Shown here piece after piece: positions 52,307 to 63,432 of a stretch of DNA of 64,000 bases. The notes under the pieces were generated by a model that was not told the DNA's origin, ran no database searches, and saw only the letters and a program-made list of their open reading frames with translations. The stretch is from Candidatus Multivorans sp. (lineage in GTDB: Bacteria > Acidobacteriota > Thermoanaerobaculia > Multivoradales > Multivoraceae). Each line of letters begins with the position of its first letter. Position 1 is the first letter of the stretch. Made by a program: the position numbers and the translations under genes. The stretch covers positions 960,001 to 1,024,000 of the forward strand of contig OZ251997.1 in NCBI GenBank assembly GCA_965247095.1, given 5' to 3'.

Positions 52307-54325
52307 GTGGCCTTGGCGTCCGACCTGGGACCGCGGGCGTCTCGCCCGCATCCGGTCTGGGAACGCCGGCATCCTGCCCGCATCCGATCCGGGAACTTGG
52401 CCGGCGCCGCCGCTTTCCTCGGGTTGGTCCTGGCATTCCTGATCGCGCTCGCAGCACCGGCGGCGGCGCAGCCCCCGGCCGCCGACCTGCCGCCACCGAA
52501 CGTCTTCTGGATCTCAAGCGAAGACAACGGACCCCACCTCGGCGCCTACGGCGACGCCTACGCCACCACGCCGAATCTCGACGCGCTCGCGGCCCGAGGC
52601 CTGATCTACCGCAATGCCTGGTCGACGGTGCCGGTGTGTGCGCCGGCCCGCACCACGATCATCAGCGGCCTCTACCCGGTCTCGACCGGCGCCCAGCACA
52701 TGCGCAGCCAGTCGCGGCTGCCGGAGGGCTTCCGGTTCTTCCCGGAGCTGCTCCGCGAGGCCGGCTACTACACGACGAACAACTCGAAGCAGGACTACAA
52801 CCTCGAGAAGCCCGGCGGTGAGGGCTCCGTGTGGCACGAGACGTCGCGCGAGGCGCACTGGCGGAACCGGCCGGAGGGCGCTCCGTTCTTCGCCGTCTTC
52901 AACTTCACCGTGACCCACGAGAGCCAGATCCGGCGTCGCCCCCACACGCCGGTCCACGATCCGGCCGCGGTGCGGGTGCCCGCCTACCACCCGGACGCGC
53001 CGGAGGTGCGGCAGGACTGGGCGCAGTACTACGACAAACTGACCGAGATGGACGGCATGGCCGGTGAGCGCCTGGCCGAGGTGGAGACGGCGGGCCTGCT
53101 CGACGACACGATCGTCTTCTACTGGGGCGACCACGGCCCGGGGCTGCCGCGCGGCAAGCGCACAGCGCTCCAGACCGGGCTCGGCGTGCCGTTGATCATC
53201 TCGATTCCGGAGAAGTACCGCCACCTGGCGCCGGCGGACTACGAGCCCGGCGGCAGCACGGACCGCCTGGTCGGATTCATCGACTTCGCCCCGACGATGC
53301 TGAGCCTGGCCGGCATCGAGCCGCCGCCGCACCTGCAGGGCCGGGCCTTCCTGGGTGCCTACGAGGCGGAGGCGAACGAGGTCCTCTTCGGGTTTTCCGA
53401 CCGCATGGACGAGCGCTACGACATGGTGCGGAGCGTGCGGGACAAGCGGTACGTGTACGCCCGGAACTTCCTGATCGATCGCCCCTACGGCCAGCGTCTC
53501 TCGTACCAGATGGAGACGCCGACTACCCAGGTCTGGCTGCGGCTGTTCCAGGAGGGCAAGCTGAACGAGGCGCAGTCGGCGTTCTGGCGAGAGAAACCGA
53601 GCGAAGAGCTCTACGACCTGGAGAACGACCCGGACCAGATCCGCAACCTGGCGGCTTCACCCGAGCACGCGGCCGAGCGGGAACGTCTGGCCGGCGCCCT
53701 GCGCAGGCAACTCCTCACGATCCGCGACCTCGGCTTCCTGCCCGAAGGCGAGATGCACCGGCGCGCGGCGGCTATGGACGCCGCGCCCTGGGCCTACGGC
53801 CAGGGCGGCTACCAGGTCGAGCGGGTGCTGGCCGCCGCCGAGCTGGCCTCCGACCGGTCGGCGTGGGACGCCGCCGCCACCGACCGGCTCAAGAGGCTGC
53901 TTGGCGACCCGGACTCCGCGGTCCGCGCCTGGGCGGCGACCGGGCTGCGTGCCCGCGGCGAAGCGGCGGTGCAGCAGGCCCTCGCCGAACTCCGCGCCGC
54001 CCTCCGGGACCGATCGGCACCCGTCCGCATCTACGCCGCCGAGGCGCTGGGCCGCTTCGGGGAGGAGACGGATCGGGAGCCGGCGGTCGAGTTGCTGCTG
54101 GCCTCGGCCTCGATCGAGGAGAACGACTTCTTCGACGCTCTGCTGGCGCTCAACGCGCTGGACTACCTGGATCCGGAGCTGCTCGGCGGGCCGGAGGCGC
54201 GGGCGCAGCCTTGGCGGGATCGGCTGGCCGCCCTGCCGAGGGAACTCGACGGCCTCGACCGCCGCTTCAGGAACTACGTCCCGCGGCTTCTCGAGGCAGT
54301 CTGGCTGGATCTTCCGGATCGTTGA
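52307..54325 (+). CDS. Secreted Cys-type sulfatase with C-terminal HEAT-like repeats
   Basis: PNVFWISSED, CAPAR (formylglycine motif), WGDHG, IDFAPT and ELYDL..DP; HEAT-like L.D....VR..AA..LG. Confidence 0.88.
   Translation: MALASDLGPRASRPHPVWERRHPARIRSGNLAGAAAFLGLVLAFLIALAAPAAAQPPAADLPPPNVFWISSEDNGPHLGAYGDAYATTPNLDALAARGLIYRNAWSTVPVCAPARTTIISGLYPVSTGAQHMRSQSRLPEGFRFFPELLREAGYYTTNNSKQDYNLEKPGGEGSVWHETSREAHWRNRPEGAPFFAVFNFTVTHESQIRRRPHTPVHDPAAVRVPAYHPDAPEVRQDWAQYYDKLTEMDGMAGERLAEVETAGLLDDTIVFYWGDHGPGLPRGKRTALQTGLGVPLIISIPEKYRHLAPADYEPGGSTDRLVGFIDFAPTMLSLAGIEPPPHLQGRAFLGAYEAEANEVLFGFSDRMDERYDMVRSVRDKRYVYARNFLIDRPYGQRLSYQMETPTTQVWLRLFQEGKLNEAQSAFWREKPSEELYDLENDPDQIRNLAASPEHAAERERLAGALRRQLLTIRDLGFLPEGEMHRRAAAMDAAPWAYGQGGYQVERVLAAAELASDRSAWDAAATDRLKRLLGDPDSAVRAWAATGLRARGEAAVQQALAELRAALRDRSAPVRIYAAEALGRFGEETDREPAVELLLASASIEENDFFDALLALNALDYLDPELLGGPEARAQPWRDRLAALPRELDGLDRRFRNYVPRLLEAVWLDLPDR
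52325..52386 (+). repeat. Two tandem REP-like palindromes (period 32)
   Basis: CTGGGACCGCGGGCGTCTCGCCCGCATCCG and CTGGGAACGCCGGCATCCTGCCCGCATCCG. Confidence 0.8.
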
Positions 54326-54364
54326 GGTTGGAGCCTAGTCGCGTTTGAGTGGGCGCCCGGATCG

Positions 54365-55207
54365 TCACGACGATCTCTCACCGTACCGTTCGTGAGCAGC
54401 CAGCAGGAATCGGATGTACTCCCGAACAAGGTGACAGAAGAGGCGGGCCTCATGGTCCTCAAGGTCCTTCGGATCGGCGATGTCCGTTCCGTGTCGAACG
54501 CCGCCGCCGGTGGGCGAGGAGAGATACCCGTACAGTTGCTCGATCCACTTGAGGACCTGCTCTAGGGTGTTGCCCCTATGAAGCTTGCGAAGGTCCTTCA
54601 CGATCCTGACAAAGTACTTGCCCTCAACGCTTCCTGAGGACGTGCCAGTTCCCTTGAACGCCGTGGACACGGTCTCCAATAACCAAAGCACTTCCTGGAC
54701 TGCTTGCTTGTTTCTTCCCTCGCTCAGAAGTCGTTCGGATTCCTTCAAAGAGTCCTGGATGACGCCGTCCGCCCGTTCGCCAATCGACTTTGCTCTCACT
54801 GGCTCAGGTGCCGTCTCCGCGCCCGAGCGAATGAGTCTTGGCGGATGAACTTCGAACCCAGTTCGGTGTTTAGCCAGCACCCGGTTCAGTGCATCCGCGT
54901 CAGGCCCAGCTGCGCCGGCCTGGCGAGCCTCGTCGCAGGCGTCCCAGAAGGCCTCGATGAAGAGCGGTGCATTCTTGGCGGCTTTGAACATCAGGTCTTC
55001 GAGGTGAGTCTTGGCCCAGCCACTGTCGGAACTCCTGAAGTACTGAACCCCGGCTGCCTGGGCGAAGTACATCTTGAACATCTCGAAGAGCTGCCAACGT
55101 TCCCCCAATTTCGCAGTGGTGCACGCGAAAGCGAAGATCTCGCGGCACGCCTCCTCTGGAACTTCGCCCGGAGAGGTGAATCGCCAAGATTCCTCGAAGT
55201 CGAGCAT
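54365..55207 (-). CDS. Hypothetical Abi-like protein with HEPN-like C-terminus (AbiJ-related)
   Basis: NAPLFIEAFWD..N..L....GF N-domain; C-terminal AVQEVLWLLE and LYGYLSSPTGGGVRHG...EARL; visibly lower GC than flanking genes. Confidence 0.55.
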   Translation of the reverse strand: MLDFEESWRFTSPGEVPEEACREIFAFACTTAKLGERWQLFEMFKMYFAQAAGVQYFRSSDSGWAKTHLEDLMFKAAKNAPLFIEAFWDACDEARQAGAAGPDADALNRVLAKHRTGFEVHPPRLIRSGAETAPEPVRAKSIGERADGVIQDSLKESERLLSEGRNKQAVQEVLWLLETVSTAFKGTGTSSGSVEGKYFVRIVKDLRKLHRGNTLEQVLKWIEQLYGYLSSPTGGGVRHGTDIADPKDLEDHEARLFCHLVREYIRFLLAAHERYGERSS

Positions 55208-55289
55208 AGGCAGCGGTTTGGGGTGGCAGTAGGTTGCGAGTGTTGGCGGCAGAGCCGCTCGGGACGCTTCGCCAGATGCCGTGACGGCG

Positions 55290-55724
55290 TCAGGCAAGAG
55301 GATCCCGGACGTCGAGAAACTCGAATCTCCGGAAGTCTCGGTCACGGGTGTAGAGCTTCCTGACTCCGTGTGAGCGAAGCAGTGCCGCGAGATGTGCGTC
55401 GGGCACCAGATTCCCGCGTACCGGCACCTGGCTTACGGTGGCTCGCCAACTCTCCCAGAATCCCTCTTCCTCTGCGAGGCAGCGGGACTGTGGCAGAGCG
55501 AGGAGCTCTTCCACGTTCGCCATCGCCTCTTCGGGCGTCAGCGGTGCATCGAAGATCGACGGATGGGTGGCGATCCTCAAGTAGCCCATGAGCGTCGGCC
55601 AACTCAGATACATGATGTCGGGTCCAGACATGCACACTTCAAGGAAGCTCTTTGCCTCCGCGTGGACCGGACTGCTCGCATCGGAGGCGTAGAGAAGGAG
55701 ATTGACGTCCAGTGAGTAGCTCAT
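55290..55724 (-). CDS. vapC: VapC PIN-domain toxin
   Basis: LDVNLLLYA, YLRIATHP, GNLVPDAHLAAL and TRDRDFRRF. Confidence 0.92.
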   Translation of the reverse strand: MSYSLDVNLLLYASDASSPVHAEAKSFLEVCMSGPDIMYLSWPTLMGYLRIATHPSIFDAPLTPEEAMANVEELLALPQSRCLAEEEGFWESWRATVSQVPVRGNLVPDAHLAALLRSHGVRKLYTRDRDFRRFEFLDVRDPLA

Positions 55725-55743
55725 GATGGTCGCCGACTGGGTT

Positions 55744-55977
55744 CTACGTGTCGCGTTCCAAGGCCCGGTAGACCGCCTCCTTGTCGGAGAGATTGACCCG
55801 AGCCCCCATCGGTCTAGCGATCCACGAGGCAGGACGGGCGGTGGCTGGCCGCGCGTGGTCCTTCAGAGCCGGGGCCAGAAGATCGGATACCAGGCGACCG
55901 AGCGACTTGTTCTCGCTGGCCTGCAGCTTCTTCAGCTCCTGGAGCACTGGATCGTCGATATCGAGCGTAGTTCTCAT
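55744..55977 (-). CDS. vapB: VapB antitoxin
   Basis: MRTTLDIDDPVLQELK......KSLGRLVSDLL; upstream of vapC. Confidence 0.88.
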   Translation of the reverse strand: MRTTLDIDDPVLQELKKLQASENKSLGRLVSDLLAPALKDHARPATARPASWIARPMGARVNLSDKEAVYRALERDT

Positions 55978-55994
55978 GGCAACCCTCCTATGCC

Positions 55995-56028
55995 GCATCA
56001 GATGCTAAGCGACCTGATGCGCTGATGC
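55995..56028. promoter_or_regulatory. Probable vapBC operator
   Basis: GCATC-A-GATGC palindrome (55995-56005) plus CTGATGC at 56014 and 56022. Confidence 0.6.
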
Positions 56029-56100
56029 AACAAGGGCGTGCCGACCCGCTCACGAGAGCCAATCACGCAGCTACGTCCTTCGAGCGCCGGCCCAATCGCC

Positions 56101-57543
56101 CTACTCACCCCCAGCCGCCTCTGGCGGCCAGCCGAAGGGCAGGTCCTCCGGCACCACCTCGATCTCGGTCGAGAACTTGAACGGCGCTTCCCCCGGACCC
56201 GGGAAGGTGAACTCGAGGAAGAAGGCGCTCCAGCCGGCTTCGGGGGCGGCGACGGCGACGACCCACTGGCCGTCGTCCGAGACCTCGACCGCGGTGCTGG
56301 TCCACGCCCTGCCGATCGTGTCGACCCGGAAGTCACGTGCTTCCGGGTTCGTTGCCTGCCACAGGAGCACCTCGCTCGGCTCCATGCCGTTCGCGACGTG
56401 GGCCGTGATCGCGGCGCCGCCGTCGGTGGAGGAGAGCGTCCAGTCGACATCCGGGCGTTCGACGCCCTCGAGCACCGCCTGGTAGAAGGCGAGCAAGCCG
56501 ACCGCCGCGTCGCTGCCGCCGAGCGAATGCTCGGTGTTCGGCACGTAGCGCAGGTGCTTCTCACCGATCAGGTCGTCGAAGTAGAACTGGGAACTGTCGG
56601 GGAGGAAGAACTGGTCGCCGGTGGCGTTGATCAGGTACTTCGGCAGTTCCAGCTTCTCCCGGTGCTGGTACGGCTCGGTGATCTGCTGGAGTTCGAGGTA
56701 CCTGGGATCGCCGAACCAGTCCATGATCCCCTCGCGCACGTAGTCGCCGACGGCGGGCGCCCAGAAGCCGTAGGCCTGCCAGTGGTGGACGAACGAGGGT
56801 TCCAGGTTCAGCATGTCGATGACGATCGGCGCGATCGCGACCACCCGCTTGTCGACGATCGCCGTGGTCCAGGTGGTCCAGCCTCGCTTCGAGCCGCCGG
56901 CGACGACGAACCGATTCACTTCGGCCTGCGCGCCGTCCTCGGACGCCGCGAACGCCGTCATCGTGTCCATCGCCCGCACCGCGGCCTTGGTCATCGGCAG
57001 CCGCGCCAGCCAGATCGCGTCCTCGCCCCGCAGGAACTTGTCCCAGCCGTAGGCGATCAACTGGTCCTCGCGGCGCTCCCCGAAGTCATCGTCGACGAAG
57101 GTCAGAGTCTGGTTCGGCACCATTCGCAGTTCGGCCGTGAACGAGCCGGTGGCGAGAGCCGGCTGGAGCATCAGCGGATTCGCCTGCTCCGGCGGGTCGT
57201 CGCCGTTCCGGCCACCCGAGATGTAGAGGAAGGCCGCGTCGCTCTTGATTTCATCCGGTTCCACCACCATCAGCCAGTGGGTCCACAGCGGCCGGTCGAC
57301 CTCGGCCTCGGTGAGCCAGGTCTGGCTCGTCATCTCGATCGTGTGGAGGGTGTAGCCGTCGCCGGGCCGGCTGTTCACGAGGGTCCAGTCGTAGGCCGGG
57401 TCGGGGGTGTCGACGTACTGCTTCAGGATGTCGCCTGGGGCGGGGCCGGCGTCGGTGACCGCCTCGGCGCCGCCGCAACTGGAGAGCAGCAGTGCAGCCG
57501 CGAGGAGGGCGAGAACGAATTGAGCGTTGCGTGTCATGGTCAT
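56101..57543 (-). CDS. PqaA-type (PhoPQ-activated pathogenicity-related) alpha/beta hydrolase lipoprotein
   Basis: Lipobox LLLSSC; MTSQTW, VPNQ, REDQLIAY, LPMTKA, GGSKRGWTTW, GDQFFLPD and PNTEH. Confidence 0.85.
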   Translation of the reverse strand: MTMTRNAQFVLALLAAALLLSSCGGAEAVTDAGPAPGDILKQYVDTPDPAYDWTLVNSRPGDGYTLHTIEMTSQTWLTEAEVDRPLWTHWLMVVEPDEIKSDAAFLYISGGRNGDDPPEQANPLMLQPALATGSFTAELRMVPNQTLTFVDDDFGERREDQLIAYGWDKFLRGEDAIWLARLPMTKAAVRAMDTMTAFAASEDGAQAEVNRFVVAGGSKRGWTTWTTAIVDKRVVAIAPIVIDMLNLEPSFVHHWQAYGFWAPAVGDYVREGIMDWFGDPRYLELQQITEPYQHREKLELPKYLINATGDQFFLPDSSQFYFDDLIGEKHLRYVPNTEHSLGGSDAAVGLLAFYQAVLEGVERPDVDWTLSSTDGGAAITAHVANGMEPSEVLLWQATNPEARDFRVDTIGRAWTSTAVEVSDDGQWVVAVAAPEAGWSAFFLEFTFPGPGEAPFKFSTEIEVVPEDLPFGWPPEAAGGE

Positions 57544-57547
57544 CTCC

Positions 57548-58678
57548 TCAAATCGCCCCGGCGGAGCGCATCGCGTTGATCTGCTGGTCGCTGAAGCCCC
57601 AGTCGGCCAGCACCGCGTCGGTGTGTTCGCCGGCCTTGGGCGGCGGCCCCTGGACCGCGACCGTGGTACGGCTGAAGCGCGGCGCCGGCGCCGGCTGCGG
57701 CACGCCTTCGACGTCGACGAAGGTCCGGCGCGCCCGGTTGTGCGGGTGAGCGACCGCCTCGTCGATGCTGAGAACGGGAGCGAAACAGACATCGCTGCCC
57801 TCCATGATCTCGCACCACTCCTCGCGCGTCTTGGTGCGGAACACCTCGGCGAGCCTGGCGGAGAGTTCGGGCCAGCGGTCGCGGTTCACAATGTGGTCGT
57901 CCCACTCGCTGCCGATAAGCTCCGCCTTCTCGCGCAGCAGGGCGTAGAACTGCGGCTCGAGCGATCCGACCGAGACGTACTTGCCGTCAGAGCACTCGTA
58001 CGTGTCGTAGAAGTGGGCGCCGCTATCGAGCATGTTCGAGCCGCGCTCGTCGTTCCATACGCCGGAACCGTGCATGCCGACAACTGCGGCCAGTAGCAAC
58101 GCCGAACCGTCGGTCATCGCGGCGTCCACGACCTGCCCCTTGCCCGACTTCTGGACCTCCAGCAGACCGGCGACGACGCCCAGGGCGAGGAGCATGCCGC
58201 CGCCGCCGAAGTCGCCGACCAGGTTGAGCGGCGGCACCGGCTTGCAGCCGGCGTTGCCGATCGAGTGCAACACGCCCGAGAGCGCGATGTAGTTGATGTC
58301 GTGGCCGGCGGCGTGGGCGATCGTGCCGTTCTGCCCCCAGCCGGTCATGCGCCCAAAGACGAGCTTCGGGTTCCGCTCCAGGCAGACGTCCGGTCCGAGA
58401 CCGAGCCGCTCCATGACCCCGGGGCGGAAGCCCTCGATCAGCCCGTCGGCGTGTTCGACCATGTCGAGCACTGCTTCAACGGCTTCGGGACGCTTCAGGT
58501 CCATCGCCAGCGAACGCCGGCCCCGGTTCAGAACGTCGAACTTCGAGCCCCGGCCGGCGTAGGCCCGCCGGTCGATGCGCACCACTTCGGCGCCCAGATC
58601 CGAGAGCACCATGGCGCAGAAGGGCCCCGGTCCGATACCGGCTATCTCCAGAATGCGGTAGCCGTCGAGTGGTCCCAT
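57548..58678 (-). CDS. Alpha-methylacyl-CoA racemase-like CaiB/BaiF protein
   Basis: [44 protein letters not shown] and [11 protein letters not shown]. Confidence 0.9.
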   Translation of the reverse strand: MGPLDGYRILEIAGIGPGPFCAMVLSDLGAEVVRIDRRAYAGRGSKFDVLNRGRRSLAMDLKRPEAVEAVLDMVEHADGLIEGFRPGVMERLGLGPDVCLERNPKLVFGRMTGWGQNGTIAHAAGHDINYIALSGVLHSIGNAGCKPVPPLNLVGDFGGGGMLLALGVVAGLLEVQKSGKGQVVDAAMTDGSALLLAAVVGMHGSGVWNDERGSNMLDSGAHFYDTYECSDGKYVSVGSLEPQFYALLREKAELIGSEWDDHIVNRDRWPELSARLAEVFRTKTREEWCEIMEGSDVCFAPVLSIDEAVAHPHNRARRTFVDVEGVPQPAPAPRFSRTTVAVQGPPPKAGEHTDAVLADWGFSDQQINAMRSAGAI

Positions 58679-58858
58679 GATCCGTGTCTCCAGGTGAACC
58701 GTTGGTGGGGAGTCGAGGCGCGTCAGTATAGGAGACGGCTTTGGCCACGGACCGCCGCCAGGTCTGCCGTACAATCCCGTCGCCGACAACCACCCGATAC
58801 GCCAGTTCACTTCAGTCGACCGCGGCCTCCGCGCCGCGGCCGGGGAGAGCCTCAGACC

Positions 58859-59815
58859 ATGCAGCGATACGGAATGACGATCCCATTCAGCCTGCCCCTG
58901 GCGGAGCAGGAAGACCTGATCAAGGAGATGGTGGATCTCGGCTACACGGACTTCTGGTCCTCCGAGTCGAATGGCGCCGACGGCTTCACGCCGCTCGTTC
59001 AGGCGTCGATCTGGGCGCCGACGGCACGGTTGGGCATCGCGATCATCCCCGCCTACACGCGCGGACCGGCGCTGATGGCGATGACCGTCGGCGCGATGGC
59101 CGAGGCGGCGCCGGGGCGTTTCGTCATGGGGATCGGGACCTCGTCCAACGTGATCGTCGAGCAGTGGAACGACATCCCCTTCGAGCGGCCGTACTACAAG
59201 ACCCGCGACATGGTGCGGTTTCTCAAGAAGGCACTCACGGGAGACCGGATCGACGAGGAGTTCGACACCTTCAACGTGCGCGGCTTCCGCATGGGCCGAC
59301 CCCTCGAGGAATGCCCGCCGATCCTGGTCGCTGCCCTGCGCAAGGGGATGCTGCGCATGGCCGGCCGCGAGGGCGACGGCGCGATCCTGAACTGGCTGTC
59401 GCCCGGCGACGTGAAGACCGTCGTTCCCTACGTCCACGAGGGCGGGCCCGGCAAGGAGATCGCGGCGCGGGTTTTCGTCCTGCCAACCGAGGACAAGGCG
59501 ATCATCGACTACGTTGGCCGCCGCGGCATGGCCGCCTACCTGAACGTCCCCGTGTACGCCGCCTTCCACGACTGGCTCGGCCGCCGCGAGCTGCTCGGCC
59601 CGATGTGGGACGCCTGGGCCGCCGGGGACCGCAAGAAGGCGGTCGAGGTAATCCCCGAGGAGGCGCTCCACGACATCCTGATCATCGGCGCGCCCGGAAG
59701 GTGCCGCGAGCGTATCCAGGAGTACATCGAGGCGGGGGTTCATACCCCGGCCCTGTCGATTCTGCACCCGGGCGAGGACCTGCGGACCACGATCCGGGAA
59801 CTGGCGCCGCGGTAG
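58859..59815 (+). CDS. LLM-class oxidoreductase, probably F420-dependent
   Basis: [32 protein letters not shown] and [17 protein letters not shown]. Confidence 0.8.
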   Translation: MQRYGMTIPFSLPLAEQEDLIKEMVDLGYTDFWSSESNGADGFTPLVQASIWAPTARLGIAIIPAYTRGPALMAMTVGAMAEAAPGRFVMGIGTSSNVIVEQWNDIPFERPYYKTRDMVRFLKKALTGDRIDEEFDTFNVRGFRMGRPLEECPPILVAALRKGMLRMAGREGDGAILNWLSPGDVKTVVPYVHEGGPGKEIAARVFVLPTEDKAIIDYVGRRGMAAYLNVPVYAAFHDWLGRRELLGPMWDAWAAGDRKKAVEVIPEEALHDILIIGAPGRCRERIQEYIEAGVHTPALSILHPGEDLRTTIRELAPR

Positions 59816-59845
59816 CGGGTGAGGTTGACGTGGCTGTTCTGGTAC

Positions 59846-59876
59846 CTGGGAACGCGGGCGTCTCGCCCGCATCCGG
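59846..59876 (+). repeat. REP-like palindrome
   Basis: CTGGGAACGCGGGCGTCTCGCCCGCATCCGG, near-identical to the copy at 52325. Confidence 0.8.
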
Positions 59877-59948
59877 CGAGCCGCGGAGCGGCGAGGATAG
59901 GTGGCTTCGGAGAGTCGGTTGCCAGGCTCCAACGCGGGGCCCGAACGG

Positions 59949-62900
59949 ATGAACCCGAAGTTCTTCGAACAGCCGATCCTGAACCCGCCCTACGAGGCCC
60001 CGTCGCGCCACTGGGAGCTCGACACGAACGGGCAGCCGACCCATCGGCTGATCGAGACCCGCCGACAGGTCCGGTTCGAGTCACCGATTCCGGCGCCAAA
60101 GAAGCGCGGCGGCGGCACCCAGTTGGAACTGGCCGCTGACCCGGACGAAGCCGACGAAGCCAGGTTCGACCTGGCGCGGGTGATCCAGGACCTGCGCGGG
60201 GAAGTCACACGCTGGCGCCAGCTCCCCAACCCGCAACAATGGCAGGTGACACCGGAGACTGCTCGGCTGCTGGCCCACTGGCGCCGGCCGGACGGGTGGA
60301 AGGACATTCGACCCTTCTTCTGTCAGGTGGAGGCCGTGGAGACGGCGATCTGGTTGACCGAAGTGGCTTCCAAGCGACGAGATCTCAGGACTCGCCGTTT
60401 CCTGAGACGCCTGGAGGAGGTCAACGCTCAGCATGGCGAGTTGCCGCGCCTGGCCCTCAAGCTCGCCACGGGCGCCGGCAAGACGATGGTCATGGCGATG
60501 TTGATTGCGTGGCAGACGATCAACGCGGTTCGACGGCCGAACAGCCCGTACTTCTCGCGCGGCTTCCTCGTCATGGCCCCTGGTCTGACAATCCGCGACC
60601 GCCTGCGGGTCCTGCAGCCCAACGACCCGGACAACTACTACCGGAGACGTGGGTTGGTTCCCCCGGAAATGGTCGCGGATGTCGATAGGGCAAGAATCGT
60701 CATCACGAACTTCCATGCGTTCCAGCGCCGCGAGCGGATGGCCCTGTCCAAGGGCGCCCGATCCCTGCTTCGCGGCCGCGGCGGAGAAGATCCGGAGACG
60801 CTGGAGACAGAGGGGCAGATGCTCCAGCGGGTCCTGCCCGGGTTGATGGGGATGAAGAACATCGTCGTCTTCAACGATGAGGCGCACCACTGCTACCGGG
60901 AGAAGCCCGGCGATCCCGACGAGGTGAAGCCCAAGGGCGACGACCTGGGTGAAGCGAAGGCAAACAGGGAAGCGGCTCGAGTGTGGATCTCCGGCCTGGA
61001 GAGCGTCCACCGGCGCTTGGGCCTCAGCCGCGTGTTCGACCTGTCGGCCACGCCCTTCTTCCTGCGCGGCTCGGGTTACCCCGAGGGCACGCTGTTCCCG
61101 TGGACGATGAGCGACTTCTCGCTGATGGACGCGATCGAGAGCGGCATCGTCAAGCTGCCCCGGGTGCCGGTGGCGGACGATTTGCCCAGCGCCGACGTAC
61201 CGATGTACCGGAAACTGTGGGAACACATCGGCAAAAAGATGCCCAAGGGCAGACGCACGGCCCGTGCGGCAGGCCTCGACCCCCAGAACCTGCCGCTGCC
61301 GCTTCAGAACGCCCTGGACGCGCTCTACGGTCACTACGAGAAGGTGTCCAAGGCCTGGGGCGAGGCGGACATCGAGAGTCCCCCGTGCTTCATCGTGGTC
61401 TGCAACAACACGTCGACCTCGAAGCTGCTCTACGACTACATCTCCGGCTACGAACGCAAGCATGACGACGGGTCCAGCGACATCGTGCCGGGGCGGCTCG
61501 AGCTGTTCCGCAACTTCGATGACTACGGCAATCCGCTGCCCCGGCCGCGCACGCTCTTGATCGACAGCGTCCAACTCGAGTCGGGAGAAGGGCTGGACAA
61601 GGCCTTCCGTACTGCTGCCGCGGACGAGATCGAGCGCTTCCGCCGGGAAGAGATGGACCGCACCGGGGACCGGGTTGGGGCCGACAGCCTGACCGACGAG
61701 GACCTCCTCCGGGAAGTGATGAACACGGTGGGCAAGCAGGGCCGTCTCGGCGGTTCGATCCGCTGCGTCGTCTCCGTCTCCATGCTGACCGAAGGCTGGG
61801 ATGCGAACACCGTCACCCACATCCTCGGTGTCCGCGCCTTCGGCACCCAGCTTCTCTGTGAACAGGTGATCGGCCGCGCACTGCGGCGGCAGTCCTACGA
61901 ACTGAACGACGAGGGCCTCTTCGATGTCGAGTACGCCGACGTTTTCGGCGTGCCCTTCGACTTCACTGCCGAGCCTGTTCCTGCGCCGCCCCCGGTAGTG
62001 AAGCCGACGATCGCCGTGCGGGCCATCAGCCCGGACCGCGATCATGCGGAGATCCGCTTTCCCCGGGTCGAGGGCTACCGCGTGGAACTGCCGGAAGATC
62101 GCATCGAGGCCGATTTCACGAAGGACTCAACGTTGACGCTCACGCCGGACACCATCGGCGCAACGGATACCCGCAACGAGGCGATCATCGGCGAAGGTGC
62201 GGACATCGATGTTGGGCACCTCGAGGACTACCGGCGGTCGTCGCTGATCTTCAACCTGACCGTCAGGCTTCTGGAGACGAGGAAGTACCGGGACCCCGAC
62301 GGAGAGTTCAACTACGGGCTGTTCGGCAAACTGAAGGGTGTTACCCGCCGTTGGCTCGATTCCCACCTGGAGTGCAAGGGCGGGACGGTACCGGCGCAGC
62401 TCATGTACCGGCAGCTAGCCGACATGGCCTGCGAGAAGATCCATGCCGCGATCGTTCGCAGCCAGAAGGAGGATCGCCCGGTGCTTGCCGTGCTCGACCC
62501 GTTCCGGCCCACCGGAACCACGGCCGACGTGCATTTCCTCACCTCCAAGACCTGTTACCGCACCGATCCCCGGCGCTGCCACGTCGATCACGCCGTACTC
62601 GACAGTCAGTGGGAAGCGGAGTTCTGCCGGGTCGCTGAAGCGCACGACCAGGTCGTCGCCTACGTCAAGAACGACCGTCTGGGTCTGGAGATCCCATACC
62701 TCTTCGGCTCGACGCCGCGCCGCTATCTGCCGGATTTCATCGTCCTGGTGGACGATGGCCAGGGTCGCGAGGATCCCTTGCGGCTCCTGGTCGAGATCAA
62801 GGGGCTTCGCGGCGAAGACGCGAAGGCCAAGAGAGAAGCCACAGAGACCTACTGGGTTCCAGGCGTGAACAACCTGCGCTCCCACGGCCGCTGGGCCTTC

Positions 62901-62984
62901 GAGGAGTTCACGGACCTCTTCAAGATAGCGTCGGAGTTTGAGGAGCTTGTCCGCCGGCTCGCCGGCGTCGAGCCGGCCGCATGA
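59949..62984 (+). CDS. Type III restriction endonuclease Res subunit (BPTD_3080-like)
   Basis: [61 protein letters not shown] and C-terminal YLPDF..LLVEIKG nuclease motif. Confidence 0.92.
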   Translation: MNPKFFEQPILNPPYEAPSRHWELDTNGQPTHRLIETRRQVRFESPIPAPKKRGGGTQLELAADPDEADEARFDLARVIQDLRGEVTRWRQLPNPQQWQVTPETARLLAHWRRPDGWKDIRPFFCQVEAVETAIWLTEVASKRRDLRTRRFLRRLEEVNAQHGELPRLALKLATGAGKTMVMAMLIAWQTINAVRRPNSPYFSRGFLVMAPGLTIRDRLRVLQPNDPDNYYRRRGLVPPEMVADVDRARIVITNFHAFQRRERMALSKGARSLLRGRGGEDPETLETEGQMLQRVLPGLMGMKNIVVFNDEAHHCYREKPGDPDEVKPKGDDLGEAKANREAARVWISGLESVHRRLGLSRVFDLSATPFFLRGSGYPEGTLFPWTMSDFSLMDAIESGIVKLPRVPVADDLPSADVPMYRKLWEHIGKKMPKGRRTARAAGLDPQNLPLPLQNALDALYGHYEKVSKAWGEADIESPPCFIVVCNNTSTSKLLYDYISGYERKHDDGSSDIVPGRLELFRNFDDYGNPLPRPRTLLIDSVQLESGEGLDKAFRTAAADEIERFRREEMDRTGDRVGADSLTDEDLLREVMNTVGKQGRLGGSIRCVVSVSMLTEGWDANTVTHILGVRAFGTQLLCEQVIGRALRRQSYELNDEGLFDVEYADVFGVPFDFTAEPVPAPPPVVKPTIAVRAISPDRDHAEIRFPRVEGYRVELPEDRIEADFTKDSTLTLTPDTIGATDTRNEAIIGEGADIDVGHLEDYRRSSLIFNLTVRLLETRKYRDPDGEFNYGLFGKLKGVTRRWLDSHLECKGGTVPAQLMYRQLADMACEKIHAAIVRSQKEDRPVLAVLDPFRPTGTTADVHFLTSKTCYRTDPRRCHVDHAVLDSQWEAEFCRVAEAHDQVVAYVKNDRLGLEIPYLFGSTPRRYLPDFIVLVDDGQGREDPLRLLVEIKGLRGEDAKAKREATETYWVPGVNNLRSHGRWAFEEFTDLFKIASEFEELVRRLAGVEPAA

Positions 62985-63138
62985 CAGGCGCGGCTTCAGG
63001 ACCGGCGAGTTTGGCAGACTACGGGCGATGACCGTGGACACCAAGGCCGTGGCGGGAACAACGGCGGAGACCGGGACGTCGAAAGTCAGCGCCGAGATAC
63101 TGGATGTAACAGCGCGCATTCGCGCCGGAGATTTGCCG

Positions 63139-63432
63139 ATGAGACGCGATGACGTGCTCGCGATTCTCCAGGCCCACCGGCCGATGTTCGTCGAACGGTT
63201 CGACGTTGAGCGTCTCACCCTGTTCGGCTCGGTCGCCCGCGACCAGGCGGAGGAGGGCAGCGACCTGGACCTGCTGGTCGAGTTCACGGGAGCGAAGTCG
63301 CGCTCGAAGGCCTACTTCGGCCTCATGTTCTACCTGGAAGATCTGCTGGAGCGGGAGATCGACCTGGTCACGGAGCCGGCGCTCCGGCGCGAGTTCCGCC
63401 CGTACGTCGAGAGCGAGGCGATCCGTGTCTGA
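63139..63432 (+). CDS. Minimal nucleotidyltransferase (MntA-type antitoxin)
   Basis: LFGSVAR....GSDLDLLVEF and LEDLLEREIDLV. Confidence 0.92.
   Translation: MRRDDVLAILQAHRPMFVERFDVERLTLFGSVARDQAEEGSDLDLLVEFTGAKSRSKAYFGLMFYLEDLLEREIDLVTEPALRREFRPYVESEAIRV

Noticed and set aside
52325-52386. Tandem ~30-bp repeats as a possible mini CRISPR array
   Set aside because: Only two units, separated by 2 nt with no spacer and no cas genes; they match dispersed REP-like palindromes.
58679-59932. 794-aa ORF 57548..59932 suggesting an extended CaiB protein
   Set aside because: The extension is the antisense shadow of the LLM gene; homology begins at MGPLDG (58678).
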